Assembly: GCA_038208905.1 (NCBI GenBank)
Contig: JBBQYG010000012.1
Location: forward strand, 1 to 43,340
Length of the DNA: 43,340 bases
Reading direction: 5' to 3'
From: Candidatus Sumerlaeia bacterium
GTDB taxonomy: Bacteria; Sumerlaeota; Sumerlaeia; SLMS01
Shown: piece after piece, positions 25,955 to 34,123 of the stretch
How the letters are laid out: each line of letters begins with the position of its first letter
How positions within the stretch are numbered: position 1 is the first letter of the stretch
The notes under the pieces: model-generated
The model's database searches: none
The model's input: only the letters and a program-made list of their open reading frames with translations
What the model was told of the DNA's origin: nothing
Position numbers and translations under genes: made by a program

Positions 25955-28837
25955 CTACCCGCGCCCCATCGCCCGCCCCAGCGCCTCGATGAAGTGCATC
26001 GGCTTGCGCTTGGTCGCGTCGTGGACCTGGTGGCGGCAGGAGAAGCCGCTGGCGATGATCGGCACGTCCTTGTCCAGCGCACGCACGCGGGGGAAGAGGC
26101 GCGACTCGCCGATAGCCTGGGAGATGTCGTAGTGCTCCTGCTCGTAGCCAAAGCTCCCCGCCATGCCGCAGCAGCCCGAGTCCACTTCCTCCACGCGGGG
26201 CTTGCCGTTGACGGTGCCGAAAAGGCGCTTGATGGGCCCGGTGCCAAAGAGGGCCTTTTGGTGGCAGTGGCCGTGCAGCAGGTAGCGGTCCTTGGCCTTG
26301 GGGAGGTCGATCTTGATCTTTCCCGCGATGACTTCCTGGTCGAGGAACTGCTCGATGGTGAAGATCGCCGCGCCGACGCGCTTGCCCAGGGCGGGATCGT
26401 CCATCAGGTCGGGAAGGTCGTCGCGCAGCGCGCTGCCGCAGCTCGGCTCCAGCGCGATGATCGGGAGGCCGGCCCTGGCGTAGTCGTCGAGGTTTTCCAG
26501 CGTCTGCTCTCCGCGGCGCTTGGCCTCGTCGAGAAGGCCCTTGCTGATGAACGTGCGGCAGCAGCAGCCGGCCTTGGCGAGACGCACTCGATAGCCAAGC
26601 CGCTCCAGCACGCGGACGGCCCACTTGCCGACCTCGGTTTCGTGATAGCGCGTCCATGTGTCGTCGAAGAGCACCACCTCGCGCGTCCCCACGGTGTCGT
26701 TCTGCTTCTTGTGGCGGCGCCACCAGGTGTGGAAGGTGGTGGTGGCAAAGGGCGGGAGCTCGCGCTCCACCGCGACGCCAAGGAACTTGTTCATGCTCTC
26801 GCGGATGAAAGTGACGCCCAGCGTCGCGTTGACGAGCGGCGCCAGCAGGCCCGCGTTCATCCTGGCCGTATCGGGGGCGTGGGCAAAGATGCGGTCGCGG
26901 AGCGAGATGCCGTGCTCCTTCTTGTAGGCGTGGAGGAACTCCGACTTCATCTTGGCCATGTCCACGTTGCTGGGGCACTCGGTCTTGCAGGCCTTGCATT
27001 CGAGGCACAGGTCGAGGACGTCGTGGAGATCCTGGGAGGTGAATGCGTCGGGGCCCATCTGGCCCGTCATCGCGAGGCGCAGCGCATTGGCGCGGCCGCG
27101 CGTGGCGTCCTTCTCCTCGCGCGTCGCCATGTAGCTGGGGCACATGGTCCCCTCGCCGATCTTGCGGCAGGCGCCCACGCCATTGCACATTTCCACGGCG
27201 CCCTGAAAGCCGCCCTCCGCGCGGAAATGGAACATGCTCTCGTGGGTGACCTTGCCGTAGTTTTCTCCGTACCTCAATGGCCCCATCACCGGCGGCGTGT
27301 CGAAAATCTTGCCGGGGTTCATGATGCCCTTCGGATCGAAGAGGCGCTTCACCTCGCGGAAGACCTCGATCATCTCGTCGCCCCAGAACAGGTTGTTCTG
27401 GGCGCCGCGCGCGATGCCGTCTCCGTGCTCGCCGGACCACGAGCCGCCGAACTTCTTGCAGAGCTCCATGGTGCGGCGGCTGATGCGCTCGCACTTCTCG
27501 CGCACCTCGGGGAGCTTGAGGTTCACCACGGGCTTGAGGTGGAGCACGCCGACGCTCGCGTGGCCGTAGGCCATCATTTCGAGGCCCTCGGACTTCACGA
27601 TTTCATACACGCCCTGCGTATATTCGGGGAGGTGTTCCACGGGAACGCAGGCGTCCTCGATAAAGCTGACGGCCTTCCAGTCGCCAATCTCGCGCAGCAT
27701 CACGCCCAGGCCGTGCTTGCGGACTTCCACGATCTCATAGCGCTGCTCCGGCGTCATCAGCTTGACGTGGGCATAGCCGTAGCCCTGCGACTCCAGATCG
27801 GCGATCATCGCATCGATGCGGGCCTCGCATTCCTCGCGCGAGTCGCCGTCGATCTCCACGGGGATCACGGCCTCGGGGTTGCCGCGAAGCCAGCTCATCA
27901 GGCCGCACGTCGTCGAGTTCCCCTGGCACATGCGGATCAACGGGCCGTCCATGTACTCGGCGCTGAGGACGTTGTATTTCAGCATCGTGGGCACCGCGCG
28001 CAGGCCCTCGAACAAGTCCGCGAAGTGACACGCCACGGCGCAGACGACCTTGGGCTTGCGAACAAGGCGCACCTTGGCGCGGGTGAGAAAGGCGAGGGTC
28101 CCCTCGCTGCCGACGATGATCTTGGACAGGTTGGGATCGTCGCCCACGAAGGCATCGAGCGAGTAGCCGCCGACGCGGCGGATCACCTTGGGGAAGCGTT
28201 TCTCGATCATGTCGCGGCGCGGTTCGACGATGCGCATCAATCCATCGAGGAGCCGGTTGCCGACGGCGTCCATCTCCTGCCGGTGCCCCAAGTAGGTCGA
28301 GGTTCCGTCGGCCAGAATCACGTCGCATCCGTGGACGTGGGAAATCGTGGTTCCGTAGCGTATAGACATCATGCCGCTGGAATTGTTGCCGATCATGCCG
28401 CCGATATTGGCGCGGTTGCTGGTGGAGGTCTCTGGCGCGAACATCACTCCGCGCGGCGCGAGTTCTGCGTTGAGCACGTCGCGCACAATCCCCGGCTGCA
28501 CCATCGCCGACATCGTCGCCTCGTCCACGGATTCAAGGCGGTTGAGGTGCTTGCTGATATCGACCACCAGCGCGTCGAGCGCGGTCGTCTGGCCGGCGAG
28601 GCTGGTGCCGCCCGCGCGCGGCAGGAGCGCGGCGCCGTGCTCGCCCGCGGCGAGGACCACGCGGCGGATCTCTCCCGCGTCGCGCGGCGTGAAGGCGCCC
28701 AGCGGCATCTGCTGATAGATGCTGGCGTCGGTGGAATAGAGCCCGCGGTCAAACCGCCCGGTATGAATTCGCCCGGGGAACTCGCGCTCCATGGTGCGAA
28801 GGAATTCTGTTTCTGCGACGGGTGGCGGGGCGGTCAT
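25955..28837 (-). CDS. FAD-binding and (Fe-S)-binding oxidoreductase (GlcD+GlcF/YdiJ-like 2-hydroxyacid dehydrogenase)
   Basis: YSTDASIY, PRAGGTSLAGQ, IGGMIGNNSSG, GSEGTL, SGEHGDG, CNGVGACRK..MCPSY, CLECKACKTECP, CCG domains (HGHCHQKA, GCCGMAGSFG). Confidence 0.92.
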   Translation of the reverse strand: MTAPPPVAETEFLRTMEREFPGRIHTGRFDRGLYSTDASIYQQMPLGAFTPRDAGEIRRVVLAAGEHGAALLPRAGGTSLAGQTTALDALVVDISKHLNRLESVDEATMSAMVQPGIVRDVLNAELAPRGVMFAPETSTSNRANIGGMIGNNSSGMMSIRYGTTISHVHGCDVILADGTSTYLGHRQEMDAVGNRLLDGLMRIVEPRRDMIEKRFPKVIRRVGGYSLDAFVGDDPNLSKIIVGSEGTLAFLTRAKVRLVRKPKVVCAVACHFADLFEGLRAVPTMLKYNVLSAEYMDGPLIRMCQGNSTTCGLMSWLRGNPEAVIPVEIDGDSREECEARIDAMIADLESQGYGYAHVKLMTPEQRYEIVEVRKHGLGVMLREIGDWKAVSFIEDACVPVEHLPEYTQGVYEIVKSEGLEMMAYGHASVGVLHLKPVVNLKLPEVREKCERISRRTMELCKKFGGSWSGEHGDGIARGAQNNLFWGDEMIEVFREVKRLFDPKGIMNPGKIFDTPPVMGPLRYGENYGKVTHESMFHFRAEGGFQGAVEMCNGVGACRKIGEGTMCPSYMATREEKDATRGRANALRLAMTGQMGPDAFTSQDLHDVLDLCLECKACKTECPSNVDMAKMKSEFLHAYKKEHGISLRDRIFAHAPDTARMNAGLLAPLVNATLGVTFIRESMNKFLGVAVERELPPFATTTFHTWWRRHKKQNDTVGTREVVLFDDTWTRYHETEVGKWAVRVLERLGYRVRLAKAGCCCRTFISKGLLDEAKRRGEQTLENLDDYARAGLPIIALEPSCGSALRDDLPDLMDDPALGKRVGAAIFTIEQFLDQEVIAGKIKIDLPKAKDRYLLHGHCHQKALFGTGPIKRLFGTVNGKPRVEEVDSGCCGMAGSFGYEQEHYDISQAIGESRLFPRVRALDKDVPIIASGFSCRHQVHDATKRKPMHFIEALGRAMGRG

Positions 28838-28904
28838 GCGGTTGGTGTCTCCTGAGCGGGAGACTCGCGGTGGATTGCCGGGCGAGCAAGGGGGAAGCGG
28901 AGGG

Positions 28905-28991
28905 GGCGACCAAAGGGACAACAGGGCCGAAAGAGGATCACCCCGTTCCGCCGGTCATCGCCCCTTTGGTCCCTGCCGTCCCTTCTGTCCC
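28905..28991. repeat. Inverted pair of 9-nt tandem repeats
   Basis: GGGACAACA GGGCCGAAA GAGGATCA ... GCCCCTTTG GTCCCTGCC GTCCCTTCT GTCCCT. Confidence 0.6.
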
Positions 28992-31969
28992 TAAAACAAG
29001 ACCCACTGCGCCGCGCTGCTGGTCGGCGCAAAGAACGTCAACGCGGCCGCCATGACCTGGGCGCGCTGGGGGGCGGAGCCGATGGTCTCGAACGGGAAGC
29101 CGAAGGACAGCACCTTGGCGGGGCCACCGTAGGCCACCGCGGCGGTGGTGCCCGTGGAATAGGTCATGGCGATGTTCGATCCATTGGAGACGCCATAGGT
29201 GTCGGGGGTTTCCGCGTTATAGCGCGCGCCGCTGGCGGTCGAGAACACGATCGACGTTAGCCCCGCGAAGGGGCCACCCGCCGTGCCGTTGACGGTGTAT
29301 GTTCCCGCGCTGTCGCCGACGTAGGCCGTGCGCATGAATCCGTTGAAGAACGCGACGTCGCCGGCGGAGGAGACTCCCGCGCGGCCGAGGTCCCAGCCCA
29401 CTTCCGCGCCGGAGAAGAACAGGTTCTTTCCCGGCAGGCCGAGGTATGCCTGAAGGCGGGTCTGCTCGTTGGCGGTCAGCACCTCGTCGGTGGTCGATTC
29501 CTCTCCGGCGATCCAGACAACCACGTCGTAGCTGGCGAGGTTCACGGTGCCATCGGCGACGCGTTCGTTGCAGGTGCTGCTGACGCGGAGGCCGAGCGGC
29601 TGGAGGGCCTCGCCGTGCTCCACCACGTAGTTGAAACCCTGAAAAGTGCGGGGGTCGTGGCGTGTGATGGCGCTGCCCGCGTTGGTGATGGCAACGACGG
29701 GGATCTGGGAGCGTTGGTTGCGGTCGAACCCGTTGACAACGAGGACGCTGGCGCCGCTGGCCGAGCAGACAACCAAAGTCTCCGTGGGGAAGGACTGCCC
29801 ACCGGCGTTCTGGGCCGCGACGCGGAAGTAGGTGGTGTCGCCGGGGACGAGATTGGCGATCGTGGTGCTGGTTCCGGCGACCGTGACGCCATCGTCGAAG
29901 CCGAATCCGTTCTTGCTGCGGAAGACGCGATAGCTGGTGGCGGCGGCGCCGTTGAAGCCACCCGCCGCGCCCGCGGACCAGCTTAGCGTGGCGGTGGTTC
30001 CGCCGCCCAGCTCAGCGCGGAAGTTCAGCGGGATCTCCGGCGGATAGGGCCGCGAGGTGCCGTCCTTGGCGTTGAAGAAATCGATGAGGCCCTGGGTGAT
30101 GGCGCGCGCCATGATCATGCGGAGGCGGGGTTCGTTGTAGTCAAGGCCATCGGGGGCGCCGTCGTGAAAGAGGCCTTCCAGCAGCATCCCGGGGAGCCCG
30201 GTGCCCAGACTCGCCTGATTGTTCTCGCCAAAGTCGGTGACGCTCTTGCCGCGCACCTGCCAGACGCGATCGGTGAACCAGAGCGTGTCGGCGGCGTTGT
30301 ATATCTTGTCGTGCAGCGTTGTCTGGAGCGTGGCGGAGAGGGCGGTGGCAGAACTGTGGCGGAAGGAAGAGAGCCCCGTGGCCGTTCCGCTGCACGCGCC
30401 GGTGGTTCCGTTGAAGGCGTTGGTGTGCCATGCGAAATAAACAGCATCCTCGACGCTCGCGTCCTTCTGGCTGTGCTCCCACCGGGCGTACTGGGGGCGG
30501 TCGGACCACCCGCCCTGTTCGTCGTCAACTCCCGTGTAGAGCGTGCCGCTGTACCCGAATCCCGTGTACTGGAGGTAGTGGACGGCCTCCTCCTCCCAGC
30601 GGGGGCGGTTGCTGATGCGGCCCACGGTTTGCCGCGCGATGTCGCCCATGCCGCCGCCCCAGCGCACCGCGTCGGCGGAGACGTTGGTGGCGGTGGTGTC
30701 CTGGCTGCTGTTGGTGAGGACTACCTTGCGCTCATTCTCGGGCGCGTTAGCCTCGAAGTACCAGTTGCCGAGGAGCACCCACGTATATCCATCGATCTTC
30801 TGGTTCACGCGGATTTCGCTGATGCCTCCGCTGTGGTGGACGAGGTACTGGGCATCGTTGGCGCGCGCGGCGAAACCCGTCCAGCTTGCATAGACGTTGT
30901 AGTAGCCGTTGGCCGGGATCGTCGATGTCCACGTGGCGGTCGCTGTGGGCGCGCCGGTCGTCACCGATGAGGAGAGGCGGTTCTGGCCCGCGCCCTGATT
31001 GAACGGATTGATCGTCTTGCCGGTCCACTGGGCGGTGGTCTTCTGCACGAAGCCATTGAGGCCGGAGTTGGCCCAAGTCCCCGTTTCCACATATCGCCCG
31101 TTGGCGAGGCCCGCCGCCGTGTCGCTATTGTCCACGATGACCATGTTGGTCTGGTGATCCGGCTCGCGGACGGTCATCACCTTGGCGCCCCCGTTGCGCA
31201 GCATCTGCAGCACATACAGGTTCAGAAACTCCGCGCTGCCAAAGTCCTCCAGCGTGTTGCAGGTATTACCGCGCTGAACGCGGAAACGTCCGAAGTCCAC
31301 ATCGTCGAACCAGCCGTGGGACTGATTCATGAAGATGGTCTTGTTGCTGAGGGAGCCCACGGGCTGGCCGGGGTTGATGACGGGGAGCGACTTTGATTCG
31401 GAATACTTCGGAAACGGATCCTTCCCCTGCGCCTTGGACATCGCGACCGACACCTCGTCTACCGGGGGAATCCACTTCGGCATCTCCTCAGGCGGGGCGA
31501 TCTCGTCGGGTGAGAGGTACTGATTCAGCGAGGGATCCCAGATGCGCAGGAAGTAGCCGCTGATGTTTTCCTCCATCAAGGCCGCGATGAACTCTTTGCC
31601 CATTGCAGCGACACGATACGCGGTCAGCTCGTTGGTGAGGAAAAACTCCTCGGGAAAGCGCAGATAGACCTGCACGTGTTCCGGGTCGCCGTTGGCGTCG
31701 GCTTGTGGGTACTCGATCTTGTCGATGACGGTGCCGGGAGGGAATGGCGAGGGTGGACGATTCAGCGAGACGGCGTCCTTGTTTTCCTCGATGGCGGCTT
31801 GGACGAGTGCGCCCACGCGGTCGGACTTGGTGTCGCCGAAAAGGGACTTCCTGAGGTGCACATAGTCGCCCGGGAACTTGTGATACTGGCACGCGGAGGC
31901 GGTGCCCGCCTGCATCGCCAGCGCAGCGATCGCGAGGGCGAATGCCCCTTTTCCAAGAAATGATTTCAT
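28991..31969 (-). CDS. Secreted N-acetylmuramoyl-L-alanine amidase-like multidomain protein (golvesin-like insert, FN3) with C-terminal W-V-L-F motif
   Basis: Signal peptide. Amidase_3 Zn ligands IFMNQSHG / LEDF / AWHTNA / LLEGLFHD; insert IVDN..W..GYYNVYASW..WVLLG..ADAVRW; FN3 (LSWSA..YRVFRS..YFRVAAQNAGGQS). Ends APTSSAAQWVLF. Confidence 0.8.
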   Translation of the reverse strand: MKSFLGKGAFALAIAALAMQAGTASACQYHKFPGDYVHLRKSLFGDTKSDRVGALVQAAIEENKDAVSLNRPPSPFPPGTVIDKIEYPQADANGDPEHVQVYLRFPEEFFLTNELTAYRVAAMGKEFIAALMEENISGYFLRIWDPSLNQYLSPDEIAPPEEMPKWIPPVDEVSVAMSKAQGKDPFPKYSESKSLPVINPGQPVGSLSNKTIFMNQSHGWFDDVDFGRFRVQRGNTCNTLEDFGSAEFLNLYVLQMLRNGGAKVMTVREPDHQTNMVIVDNSDTAAGLANGRYVETGTWANSGLNGFVQKTTAQWTGKTINPFNQGAGQNRLSSSVTTGAPTATATWTSTIPANGYYNVYASWTGFAARANDAQYLVHHSGGISEIRVNQKIDGYTWVLLGNWYFEANAPENERKVVLTNSSQDTTATNVSADAVRWGGGMGDIARQTVGRISNRPRWEEEAVHYLQYTGFGYSGTLYTGVDDEQGGWSDRPQYARWEHSQKDASVEDAVYFAWHTNAFNGTTGACSGTATGLSSFRHSSATALSATLQTTLHDKIYNAADTLWFTDRVWQVRGKSVTDFGENNQASLGTGLPGMLLEGLFHDGAPDGLDYNEPRLRMIMARAITQGLIDFFNAKDGTSRPYPPEIPLNFRAELGGGTTATLSWSAGAAGGFNGAAATSYRVFRSKNGFGFDDGVTVAGTSTTIANLVPGDTTYFRVAAQNAGGQSFPTETLVVCSASGASVLVVNGFDRNQRSQIPVVAITNAGSAITRHDPRTFQGFNYVVEHGEALQPLGLRVSSTCNERVADGTVNLASYDVVVWIAGEESTTDEVLTANEQTRLQAYLGLPGKNLFFSGAEVGWDLGRAGVSSAGDVAFFNGFMRTAYVGDSAGTYTVNGTAGGPFAGLTSIVFSTASGARYNAETPDTYGVSNGSNIAMTYSTGTTAAVAYGGPAKVLSFGFPFETIGSAPQRAQVMAAALTFFAPTSSAAQWVLF

Positions 31970-32062
31970 TTTTGTCGTCCCGCTCCTTGATCCTCAAGTC
32001 TGGGGCGAATTGAAGCGTCCGGCGCCTCAATCCACAAGTCGAAAACACCCGGCGAAATCGCC

Positions 32063-33217
32063 TCAGGGGTCTGGGTAGCCCGCTGGGTTCTCACTCCAGA
32101 TGCCCCCCGATGTGCCGAACCACGCGCGGCGCTCGGGTGGGTGGAATCGGAAGAGAACGATGCCGTAGACCTCGCCCTTGGGAACGCGCGTGACCACGTC
32201 GTAGTCTCGCACTCCAAAGCCCTGACCCTCGGCTTGGCGCGGCGTGGGAACTGTGCCGCCAAAGGCCCCGCCGAGGAGGCTGAGCGGGCCCTCCTCGCTG
32301 ACCCGGTGGCTGAAGACAACGCCATAGTGATCCGCCGGGATCGGGACCTCGAACGTGTCCAGCGCGCCGGCAGGAATGAGCGGGAGCAGGCGCGGCGGGA
32401 CGGCCAATCCATTGACCATGATCGGGCCACCCTTGTTCCGCGAAATCGTCTGGCCCGGGAGCGCCGTGATCACGCCGAAGGAATTGCGCTCGTTCAGCGT
32501 GTAGACGTCGGTGCTCGATGCCCCGGGGCGGATCATCGAAAATGCGGGGGGATTATAATACACCACGGTGCCGGGCTGGACCCACCAGTTCTTGAACGGC
32601 CAGGCGAGCACCAGGACCTTGTCCCGCTTCTCAAACGCGGGAGAAAGCCCGCGCGAGTTGATCGTGGTGAGGAAGAGCAATCCGTTGCCAAACACCTGAA
32701 GCAGGAACACGAACGATCCCACGAAGAAGAAGAGCGCGAACCAGACGGCGACCAGGTGCCTCCACCGCCAGGAGTCGCCGTTGATTTTCACGGCACAGGA
32801 GTAGGCGTCTGACATCGCGTAGAACAGCCACGCGAGCGCGGCCAGCGCGATCCAGTCATTCCAGGGCTTGAAGAACGTGAGGAGGAAGACCGCCAGCACG
32901 GCGACCTGGATCAGGCCAAACAGCACGGCCTTGGCATATTGCCGGTTGTATGCCTGACCCGCGCCAAAGAGCATCGCGAGGTAGGCCGCCGACCACGGGA
33001 AGCGGTGGGGAAGGCCGGTGGGCAGATCGAAATGCAGCCGGCCGCGGATCGCCGCCAGCAGCCTTTGTCCGGCGATGTCAACGCGCGGGCCGGGCTCCGG
33101 CAAGTCCGCCGCGCCGGAGCCATCGGGTACCATTTGCGACACAAGCGACGCGCTGCACTTGACGCAGCGGTCCTTGGTCTCGGGATTGTGGAAGCCACAG
33201 GCGGGACAACGGCGCAT
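32063..33217 (-). CDS. Zinc ribbon + multi-TM + degenerate signal peptidase I (S26)-like protein
   Basis: CPACG..CVKC ribbon; GAGQAYNRQYAKA TM module; INSRGLSPAFEKRDKVLV and VITALPGQTI..VNG align with SPase I boxes but lack the catalytic Ser/Lys. Confidence 0.65.
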   Translation of the reverse strand: MRRCPACGFHNPETKDRCVKCSASLVSQMVPDGSGAADLPEPGPRVDIAGQRLLAAIRGRLHFDLPTGLPHRFPWSAAYLAMLFGAGQAYNRQYAKAVLFGLIQVAVLAVFLLTFFKPWNDWIALAALAWLFYAMSDAYSCAVKINGDSWRWRHLVAVWFALFFFVGSFVFLLQVFGNGLLFLTTINSRGLSPAFEKRDKVLVLAWPFKNWWVQPGTVVYYNPPAFSMIRPGASSTDVYTLNERNSFGVITALPGQTISRNKGGPIMVNGLAVPPRLLPLIPAGALDTFEVPIPADHYGVVFSHRVSEEGPLSLLGGAFGGTVPTPRQAEGQGFGVRDYDVVTRVPKGEVYGIVLFRFHPPERRAWFGTSGGIWSENPAGYPDP

Positions 33218-33289
33218 CGAACCCCCTCCGCAGGGCGATTCAAGAGGCGCCGAGCCACCCCCTCAACGGAATTTCGGAGCTTTGACGAC

Positions 33290-34030
33290 ATGCGCGACAT
33301 TCGCATCTTTCAGCCGGGCAGCTATGCCATCGGCGACTCCTTCGTGGTGGAGGAGGCCGAGGCCCGGCATCTGACCAAGGTGCTGAGGCGCGGCGTCGGG
33401 GAGTCGTTCCTTCTGCTCGATGGCGTCGGCCACGAGTTCGAGGCGCACTTGGTGGAAGTCGGAAAGCGCGACGCCCGGGCGGAGATCGTCGGCTTGGCGC
33501 GACAGGCCGCGGCGCCGCGTCCGCGGGTGCTGGCGTGCGCGCTTCTGAAGAGCCCGAGCTTCGAGGAGACCCTGGAGCGCGCGACGGAACTGGGCATGAC
33601 GGCGTTTCATCCCATAGCGGCGGATCGCTCCATCGCGGAGGTCCACGCGGACCGCGCGGAGAAGAAGATCGCCAAGTGGCAGCGCGCCTGTGGCGAGGCG
33701 TTGAAGCAGTGCGAGCGCCTCTGGCTACCGCGCATGGGGGAGCCCGCCCCCATCGAGGCGTACCTGGAACGCGCGCGCGCCGAGGGAACGGTGGCGATCA
33801 TGCTGAGGGAGCGCGCGCCGGAGGTGCCGCCGCTATCGCGCCGAATCGCCGAGGCGGGCGGGCGGGGCATCGTGCTGCTGGTTGGGCCCGAGGGAGGATG
33901 GTCGGCGAGGGAGCTTGCCGCGGCGGAAGCCGCCGGGGCGCTGGGGGCGTCGCTGGGGACGGAGGCGATCCTGCGCGCGGAGACGGCGGCGCTGGCGGCG
34001 CTGGCGATTGCGCAGGGAATGGAAGGGTAG
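33290..34030 (+). CDS. rsmE: 16S rRNA m3U1498 methyltransferase RsmE
   Basis: HLTKVLR, ATELGM, EALKQCER..LP, LVGPEGGWS..E, ILRAETAA. Confidence 0.92.
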   Translation: MRDIRIFQPGSYAIGDSFVVEEAEARHLTKVLRRGVGESFLLLDGVGHEFEAHLVEVGKRDARAEIVGLARQAAAPRPRVLACALLKSPSFEETLERATELGMTAFHPIAADRSIAEVHADRAEKKIAKWQRACGEALKQCERLWLPRMGEPAPIEAYLERARAEGTVAIMLRERAPEVPPLSRRIAEAGGRGIVLLVGPEGGWSARELAAAEAAGALGASLGTEAILRAETAALAALAIAQGMEG

Positions 34031-34056
34031 CCAACCCGCAATACAGCCCACAAAGG

Positions 34057-34093
34057 CGATTCCCCCGCAGGCATCGGGCCCACGGGGGAATCG
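34057..34093. terminator. Hairpin between convergent rsmE and pilQ
   Basis: CGATTCCCCCG ... CGGGGGAATCG inverted repeat. Confidence 0.55.
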
Positions 34094-34123
34094 GGAGTTG
34101 GCTTGCTGGGTTAGGGGTAGGGC

